DNA of 64,000 bases, taken from the NCBI RefSeq assembly GCF_006345805.1, contig NC_042998.1, forward strand, positions 131,192,001 through 131,256,000, written 5' to 3'. Below are positions 54,862 through 64,000 of the stretch, one piece after another. Origin of the DNA: Octopus sinensis (lineage: Eukaryota). Both the position numbers and the translations under genes were made by a program. The notes beneath the pieces were generated by a model. The model searched no databases and was not told the origin of the DNA. It saw only the letters and a program-made list of their open reading frames with translations. Positions within the stretch are counted from its first letter, which is position 1. Each line of letters begins with the position of its first letter.

Positions 54862-55051
54862 GCTTCTGCACGCATTTTTTTCTCTCCTTGTTTCTCTCCG
54901 TGTTTCTTTTCCGTGTATCTTTCTGTTGAAGAGCGTAGGCTCGAAACGTAAAAGACTTGTTTTATTTATATTTCTGAGCGCCATACTAATACAATTGTTT
55001 GTTCGTATTCCACCTGCCTTCGTCTTTTGTTTATTTTCATAAAGCTTCCCG

Positions 55052-55053
<2 letters not shown>
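54862..55053 (+). mobile_element. Hammerhead-bearing ~190-bp PLE-like element ending in (TA)n, copy 1
   Basis: Highly similar to 57320-57510; both end GCTTCCCGT|TATATA. Confidence 0.75.
54918..54955 (+). ncRNA. Minimal hammerhead with variant core (CUGUUGA)
   Basis: TCTTT-CTGTTGA-A-GAGC-GTAG-GCTC-GAAAC-GTA-AAAGA. Confidence 0.7.
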
Positions 55054-55089
<36 letters not shown>

Positions 55090-55258
55090 CAGAAACAATA
55101 TGGGTATAGCAACAAGTTGCTTGACCACAAACCCTTATTGTAATATTTATATATAAAAGAAACTTTTTGCATAGTTTTTTACCGAATATGGTCCTTTCCA
55201 TACCGAAATACTGCTAGGTGAAATTTGTTTGATTTTATTAAATTAATTATCTCTCACC

Positions 55259-55313
<55 letters not shown>

Positions 55314-55344
55314 TATATATTATATATATATATATATACATAAT

Positions 55345-55870
55345 TTTTTTCCATCCAATGAATTTGAAGTTGCAGAAAAATGATAATATGGTGTGCGGGG
55401 CATCGAGTCTCACTCAAATGCTCCAGCCTTTCGAATGTCATCCTAGTTGTATATGACCGAGCATTATACTGATGGAAGAACGCCTTTCGTCTTGAAACTA
55501 AAGATGGTCGTTTTTCTTCTAGTGCTGGTGTCGATGAATGGTTAACCCAAACTTCTAAGCTAGTTCCTCAACAGTTACGATGGGATTTTGTTACACCAGG
55601 GTTTGCAACACGTCCTCATCGAACTCTACACATCTTCCAGGACGACGCTCGTCTTCTAGATTGTAGTGTCCGGTTCGGAATTTCTAGAACCATTATTGAC
55701 TCTGGTTTACGTTTATTGTCCGATCCCCATATACTGAATTATTATTTCTCGCGCTTTTCGTTGCGTTGTTGCCTTTATTGAACTCATAAAGCAAAATATG
55801 CAGAATTTGTTCTTTTGTCCCTTCAATTATAACTTTGAAAGAATAACTGTAAAAGTCGAACTGTACTCTT
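55345..55870 (-). pseudogene. Internally deleted mariner transposase relic
   Basis: Minus strand gives KEQILHILLYEFNKGNNATKSARN..VYGD..WF*KFRTGHYNLEDERRPGR..EELA..TIHRH, joined directly to ALEEKRPSLVSRRKAFFHQYNAR (the HQDNAR motif) ..MPRTPY..LQNSLDG. Confidence 0.88.
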
Positions 55871-56931
55871 CAAAACCTTGCACTAAGAATAAGGCAAGGT
55901 AAAATTACTACCTGCTTTTATAACAAGTTGATGCAGGTAATTTATCCCGTCCCCCTCCGAATTTTAGTTCATGCAATTGTAAACACTGCATTATTTATGG
56001 GATGACCTAGTATGTGTGTATGTGTGTGTGTGTGTTTGAAAAACGTATAATAAATACACAGACAAATGGGAAACAGACACAGAGGTCAATAAATCCTCAT
56101 TAGCAATCGGCCACAGGGTCAAACGTAATTATGCGCTTTAACGATAATACTACATCCTGTCTGGGGACGTCGACGGTGCGACGTTGTCAGGTAATGGCGA
56201 GCCAACAAACATGGGACCAAACATGACGGGAAAATGAACAACCATGCGATACGGAAGTGAACGGCCATATGCGGAATAAATGTAATTCAAGACGAATCAA
56301 TTAGTGGACGGACGCGGGACAAAGACGAAAGTAAACAGGATGACGTGTTGATATACGAAGGAACTGGAATAAATAAACAGAATATGCCCTTAAGGCCGGA
56401 CAGGACACAGAATGATTAACACCGAGGGGGAAATTCTAAAGGATTTGTTAGAGAGAAAGAAAGAGGAGAATAGAGTGCAAGGCGAGAGAAAATACGACCG
56501 CTCGCTTAGGCAGTGTGAGTGAAAAGGAAGGTGATATGACGATGACCACATGTCACGTGTTAGTAGTAGGAGGGAGAAGGGGTGTTTGAAGGCAGAGTGA
56601 AACACAGAAAATGGGGGAGGGAGGGCAAAAGGCGGCAACAAAGGGCAACGCAGGAGTGTAGAAAGGGCAGGGGAGAGAGAGAGGAAGAGAGAGGAAGAGA
56701 GAGAGAAGAGAGAGAGAGAGAGAGAAAGGCAAAGCGGGGAAGAGAGAAAGGGAGGAATAGACGCCATACGAAGATATGAAATCAGTTACTTGTTGACTTG
56801 TAGACATTTATTAGATGTTTCTTTAATTTATTTACTGGGACGCTACATACGGTTATTTTTCTCTACAAGTGATTTTGTGAGTGTGTGTGTATATGTGTGT
56901 TTGTGTACGTACGTATATGTATGTATTTATG

Positions 56932-57039
<108 letters not shown>

Positions 57040-57319
57040 GTATGTATGTATTAGCAAACAAACGTGAAAAGCCAAGAGTGTATGCTTCATATCTATCTAT
57101 ACATATATATATATAAAGAATGTTCCTCAGCGTTCGCCACCTTACCCCGTCTGGCTTAGCTGCCCTCACTATTTGTTTCACTGTCCTGTTTTTGTTGCCA
57201 ACTTTGACCCTATGCAAAATATGAAACTTTCGTTTTTCTCTCACTTTTCTCGCTCTCGCGTCTCATGTTTGATCTTTGACCTCTGGCCGAAATCAGATCG
57301 CCATGTTGATTCGTTAGTT

Positions 57320-57632
<313 letters not shown>

Positions 57633-57674
57633 ATTGATAGATAGTCAGGCCCATATCTGCATACATATAGGCGT

Positions 57675-58430
57675 ATTAACTTACATTTAAGAATATGCAC
57701 ATATTCATCTCGACTTACATTTAAATGTCATACTAGCGTACTCAATGGGTTAGATTTAAACATTGTAAGCATATTCGTATTACGTTCCATTTAAACATAT
57801 TACCCATACACATATCTGCTTTCATGTAATCATCATATATTTTGACATATTAGTGTACATTTAAATATCGTAACATCTACGCATTAGGTTACTTTGAAAC
57901 TTCCTTCACATATATATTAACCCCATTTATATATTATGCACATATGCATAATGGCCTAGATGTAAAGCATCATACATAGATATACATTGACTTACGTTTT
58001 AACATCGCAAACGTGCACATATATAAATATACGAGGGCGAGTCAAAAAGTAATATCATTTTGTTTAAGACAAGTATAATTGCTAACACAGAAACATGACG
58101 AGGAAGTGAAAACTGTAGTGAAGAAGTGGCTCAAAGAAGAGTCAACAGAATTTTACGGGGCATGGATACATGCTCTCATTTGAAGGGGGAACACTATTAT
58201 TGAGAGAAATGGTGACTATATTGAGAAGTAGAGATGCGACCCACAGAGGGCCAGCTTCATTTTGACGTATGATACATGTTCTTGTGTTGGTAATTATACC
58301 AGTCCTAAATAAAATGGCATTACTTTTTGACTCACCCTCGTATATATAACGTTACATTTAACAATCAAAGGAAAAAAATATATTTTTAACATCATGCACA
58401 TGAAAATATTGGCTAACATTTTAACATCAA
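57675..58430. repeat. Degenerate ~34-35-bp minisatellite interrupted by a mariner MITE
   Basis: TTACATTTAAA-like core at about 57681, 57715, 57750, 57785, 57820, 57855, 57889, 57921, 57956 and 57991, and again at ~58352 and ~58414. Confidence 0.65.
58032..58340 (+). mobile_element. Mariner deletion derivative (MITE) with TA TSD
   Basis: TA|CGAGGGCGAGTCAAAAAGTAAT ... ATTACTTTTTGACTCACCCTCG|TA. It retains the transposase C-terminus DEEVKTVVKKWLKEESTEFY..ERNGDYIEK*. Confidence 0.93.
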
Positions 58431-59722
58431 TAGCGAGACAGTCCATTGCTTGATTTCGCTTTGGAAGACTAAACTCGTTGAACTGGGAAAATGTGCCTAA
58501 CAAGGCTATAAGCTATAGTGTTGGATTTGAGCTGAGATTTACGAGTCAACGAAGCAGATTCGTAAATTATGCTTTTCTGCGGCTGTTCACAGCAGTTAGC
58601 TACGTCATGACATCAATTAGCGAATAGACGGACTATATCAACATGGCAGGATTGTGTGTGTACCTGTGTATGTATGCATGTATGCATACGGGTTTTATGT
58701 AACTTTACCTGTCTACTTCTCGCTATATCTCCTCTCTCTCTTTCTCTCTTTCTCTCTCTGTTTGTCTCTCCTTCTCTCTTTCTCTATTTATATGCGTGTG
58801 TGCAAATAAATAAATAAACATTATTTAGGTAGAGTAAAACCCAAGCTGTGTATTCTTGAAGCACATCTACTTAGTCCAGTATTCCAAGTATTGTTGTGTA
58901 TATATATGAGGTATATATGAAAGTTAAAGATTCTGGAAATACTGTTTGCAGAGTGGTTATATATCAAAGCAGAAAGCTGAAAAAAGTTTCAGATATTCTT
59001 TATTCACTACCACACATGAAATTCTTTAGACTTGAGAATAAAATCTTATAATAGTTCTGTTTGTTCCTCCGTTACTTAACCCGTCTGTAACGATTCCACG
59101 TGATTAGTTGAAGGAGGAGAGGAGTGATGGGAGACACGGGAGAGGGAGTGGTGGGAGGAAGGAATGGGGAGAAAAATGGGAGATGAGATAGGGGAGGGAG
59201 AGGTAATAGTGAGTGAAATGTGCAATTTCTTTAGCTAAGTTGTTTTTTCTGTTACTTAGCCCGTCTGTAACGCTTTCAAGGGATTAGATGAAGGGAAAGG
59301 CGAAAAGTGAGAGGGAGAGTGCTGTGTATTAAGTCTATGAAATTGTGCATAAAGTATATAAATTGTATATATAACGTGTATTAAGTAATCATTGTATTCC
59401 GCTTTCCTTCACTTTTCAATGATTAGCAAATAAGCGACCATGAAGACCAGATATTGTATACGCTTTCAGGATTTGGGGTAAAGTTTTCAGAAAAAAAAAA
59501 AAACGATGAGTTTACCATTAATTCCTTGAAATATTCCCCGGTCCCGCTAGTCATAAATATTATTTGATTCCTTGTCTGAAATGTTTCTAACAGGAAATTC
59601 CCTATGTTTATCTACCATGTACGCATTTGCAATTTCTATTAGCATACAAAATATGCTTAATAATGAATAAATAGTACCAGAAAGTTTTTCGAACTTCCTC
59701 TTTCGATGTAGCAATCCACCTG

Positions 59723-59765
<43 letters not shown>

Positions 59766-59814
59766 TATATAAGGATCAAATGTTCTTCCAGAATCATAAG
59801 CTCATAATGTCAGT

Positions 59815-59960
59815 TTCCTGGTTATTTACCAGTTGAGTGGACTCGAGCAACGTGAAATAAGGAGTTTTGCTTAAGAATACGAAGCACTGTCCGTTCTGCG
59901 AAGCGAAACCACAATCTTATAATCGTTAGTATAACGTCTTAACCACCGGGCCATGCGCCT
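59815..59960 (-). mobile_element. Degenerate Meta-like SINE head
   Basis: GTTGAGTGGACTCGAGCAACGTGAAATAA..TTAACCACCGGGCCATGCGCC parallels 50815-50941. Confidence 0.7.
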
Positions 59961-59981
59961 TTGCGCAATAATGCACTCACG

Positions 59982-60057
<76 letters not shown>

Positions 60058-61141
60058 ATATATATATACTATATATATATATATATATATAACAAAGTGA
60101 AGATATATATATATATATCAAACGTAATTATTATGAGAAAGATTATGCGGCAATATTTCTATCTCACATATTATGTGACATACAAACAAATATAATATTT
60201 GGAGTCAGACAAGTAAAATCAACGTGAGTGAAAAAAGAGTAGGGATATAAATCGGGTAAAAAAAGCAAGTATTGTACATTGGAGATGAATATGCCAACTG
60301 ACATTTCGGATGATATTGCTTAAGAAAGAGGAATTAAATACTGAGATGCAAGACTAATGTGTGTGTGAGGGAGTGAGAGAGAATGTATGTGTGTGTGTTT
60401 GTCTATGTGTGACTGTGTTTATCTATGTTTGTCTGTGAGTGTGTGTGTGTGGACATGTATGTATGTGTGTATACATTCATACACACGCATATAATTTTGA
60501 CTTTTGTGCAGAATGCAATTTATGCAATGCACATTAATTTTATATTTGAAAACAAGATTAAATTATTACTCATTTTAAATAAAAGAGTAAAACTACGCAG
60601 TCATGTTATGTCACCCTTTAGAAAAGTGTATTTAGCTTTGCTTTAAAGTTAATCCATATGCTCTATGGTGTTTCAAACACTTCTTGTGGTAAAATATTGC
60701 CAATTCAACATCGCTAGAGTATTAATTGCGGATATTGAATTATATAAAAACCATGTGACAAAAGAAAAAAAAAAACGTCCGTGTGTGTTTTTTTCATTAA
60801 TTCAACAGGAGCAAAAATATAAAAGCAGAACATATTAGTTGGAAATGTTGATCCTTTGAGGTTCCAAAACTCATACTCGATCTAAGAATTAAAATCACGA
60901 ATCGCAAATGCCTTCCTTTCTCTTCTTCTCCGTATACTACTCTTTCACTTTCTCTATTTCTCTCCAATCACAGAGAGGGGGAGAGAGAGAGAGAGAGAGA
61001 GAACAAACGTGAACAAAAATGCTCAATGCATGAAGAAGACTATATATTTGTGTGTGTGTGTGTATATGTATATATATATATATATATATACGCACAAGTA
61101 CACACACATCACACATACACATACACACAAACACATATACA

Positions 61142-61187
<46 letters not shown>

Positions 61188-62318
61188 ATGTGTGTGTATA
61201 TATATATATATATACCGGAATATTAAAATGAACGTCTGTATAAATATTTTGTTCGTATGTGCGTTTCACTATTGCAGTTAATTGTAACTTATCATTCGGG
61301 TGCATGACCAAAATGGATCATCAGGGAACCAATTTGTTACAGTCTGTTACGGAAATATGATATTTCGTATTTGATATTTGGAACAGAATTAAACAAATGT
61401 TTCTATATACATATGAGACAGAGAAATGTCTATGTTCTGAGTATGCCATATTATTTCTTATGGAGTTCTGTATTACAAAGTAAATACTTTAGATGTACAT
61501 TTGTGTCAATATATTATATTCCACTGATTTGTATTCTAAATATGATATGATATTCATGTGCGTTCCCTACAGCATTAGAATGTTTTAACTCTTATTGCTA
61601 GCACTGTAGGTATTGTTTAACACCCTAGTCGCATTTAGTGGCATTTTTAACTGTCTTTTATATTGAAACATTGCAAACTGCTGTTCATATTAATTTTATA
61701 TATACACATTAGCAAATCACTAAATCATCCAATTATTTTGTTGACGGAAGCATAAATACTAATGGCGAAGCGAGTCCAGAAAGAACCGAAGGCGAGCTGG
61801 CTTCAATGATGAGGCGACGGAAATTGACGGAACTGACATGTCATTATTATGCATTCTCGATCGGCACTTTTCGGAGGATTATGTTCCCTGTTAGTGTATA
61901 TACTTTTATTCATGTGCGTTAACTACAGCATTAGATAGTTTTACCTCTTATTTCTAGCAATATATGTGTTTTCTAACACCCTACTCGCATTTAGTAACAT
62001 TTGTAATTTTCCTTTTTGGTGAAACATTGTAAACTGCTATTGATATTAATTTTATACATATCATTGCTATTATGTAAAAGTGTCGTAAGTCCAAACGGTT
62101 GCGTTTTCAGAAAAAGAAAAAATAGTTTCAACATTCCATAGCAAAACCTTTGCATTACACTTTGACAATTTTTCATAACTTTGCATCTGAAGAAGCTGGA
62201 GATACGAGAGTTTAACCCAAAGAACCGTCTATTACAAGCAACAATAAATATTGAAGAAAACGCATTTGGACATACGACAGCTTAACATAATAGCAACAAT
62301 AATATACATAATACATAC

Positions 62319-62329
<11 letters not shown>

Positions 62330-62392
<63 letters not shown>

Positions 62393-62827
62393 ATATATAC
62401 ACACAAAAGTATCGCAGGCAGTTAGGAACCCAGAGGACATCATAAAACTGCAGAAAGACCTGAATAAAATCTACAAATGGGCTAACAAAAATAACATGCA
62501 GTTCAATTCTATATACACACAAAATTATTCTTTTACTAGTTTAGTCATTTGACTGCGGCCATGCTGCAGCGCCGAAATGTTTTATAACTTACTTGTTTCG
62601 GTCATTAGACTGCGGCCATACTGGGGCACGGCATTGAGAAGTATTTGGTCTTTATTTTTTTATTTTTGCATGTCGAATGAAACGAGCACCGGTAATGATT
62701 TTTTAAGCCTGGTACTTATTCTCTCGATCGAGTTTTTGCTGAACCTCTAAGCAAGCACCGGTGGAGAACAAAGAGGGAAACAAACACATACACGTATACG
62801 CGCACACACACATACACACACTGATTC

Positions 62828-62902
<75 letters not shown>

Positions 62903-63129
62903 ATAGATAGACAGATAGACAGATAGATAGATAAATACCTACATACTAACAAGGATATAGTCTGCTCGAGGTGCCAGATAGAACTGGAAAAAACAATTTA
63001 GTGCTTTCTTCGGAAAAAAGGAGCTTTCCTTAGTAGTCGCTCAATTCTCTAAATTCACATATGGTCCTAGCCATTTTATGTATACATGCAGACAGACAGA
63101 TATATACACACAATCATACATACACACTC

Positions 63130-63168
<39 letters not shown>

Positions 63169-63587
63169 AAAGTATCGCAGGCAGTTAGGAACCCAGAGGA
63201 CATCATAAAACTGCAGAAAGACCTGAATAAAATCTACAAATGGGCTAACAAAAATAACATGCAGTTCAATTCTATATACACACAAAATTATTCTTTTACT
63301 AGTTTAGTCATTTGACTGCGGCCATGCTGCAGCGCGAAATGTTTTATAACTTACTTGTTTCGGTCATTAGACTGCGGCCATACTGGGGCACGGCATTGAG
63401 AAGTATTGGTCTTTATTTTTTTATTTTTGCATGTCGAATGAAACGAGCACCGGTAATGATTTTTTAAGCCTGGTACTTATTCTCTCGATCGAGTTTTTGC
63501 TGAACCTCTAAGCAAGCACCGGTGGAGAACAAGAGGGAAACAAACACATACACGTATACGCGCACACACACATACACACACTGATTC

Positions 63588-63668
<81 letters not shown>

Positions 63669-63885
63669 CAGATAGACAGATAGATAGATAAATACCTACA
63701 TACTAACAAGGCTATAGTCTGCTCGAGGTGCCAGATAGAAACTGGAAAAAATTATGTTGCTTTCTTCGGAAAAAGGAGCTTTCCTTAGTAGTCGCTCAAT
63801 TCTCTAAATTCACATATGGTCCTAGCCATTTATATGTATACATGCAGACAGACAGATATATACACACAATCATACATACACACTC

Positions 63886-63925
<40 letters not shown>
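62330..63925. repeat. Tandem duplication with a ~763-bp unit (RT fragment, OR2-like SINE, (GATA)n)
   Basis: 62401.. and 63164.. are colinear and near identical; many differences are 1-bp indels. Confidence 0.92.
62402..62510 (+). mobile_element. ~110-bp CR1/L2-like RT fragment (duplicated at 63165-63273)
   Basis: TKVSQAVRNPEDIIKLQKDLNKIYKWANKNNMQFN matches the post-YADD LQxDLxxIxxWAxxNxMxFN motif. Confidence 0.8.
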
Positions 63926-63928
<3 letters not shown>

Positions 63929-63932
63929 ATGC

Positions 63933-63964
<32 letters not shown>

Positions 63965-64000
63965 TATATATATACCGGAGTAAACACATAAATGTGAAAC

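Noticed and set aside
57675-58030. CRISPR-like regularly spaced repeats
   Set aside because: Eukaryotic context, degenerate cores, spacers too short and no cas genes; treated as a minisatellite.
58900-59550. Possible Helitron ending CTAG|T at ~59550 with an internal ~45-bp repeat (59071 and 59250)
   Set aside because: The 3' hairpin is not intact and the 5' end cannot be identified, so support is insufficient.

Overview
This is AT-rich, microsatellite-saturated eukaryotic DNA. The SINE repertoire suggests an octopod cephalopod (Octopus sp.); that is inferred from family resemblance, with no search run. No host protein-coding gene could be recognised, so the window looks intronic or intergenic, and most ORF-track entries are translated simple repeats. 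Conventional transposon relics include a near-full-length IR/DR Tc1, two mariner derivatives, a hAT transposase remnant, a hAT MITE, Helitron/Helentron-type pieces, two R4/Dong-type LINE 3' portions, an RTE LINE, a short CR1/L2-like RT piece and many tRNA-derived SINEs. The most notable signal is a set of short non-coding inserts at (TA)n tracts. They carry six minimal type-I hammerhead ribozyme motifs from five sequence families, and several form long fold-back inverted repeats. One is a 560-nt unit with 70-nt terminal redundancy and a perfect 165-bp fold-back. A decayed Penelope-like GIY-YIG endonuclease lies in the same (TA)n context. Together these suggest a (TA)n-associated Penelope-like/retrozyme-like system. 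All alignments and translations were done by eye, so boundaries are approximate unless stated as exact.
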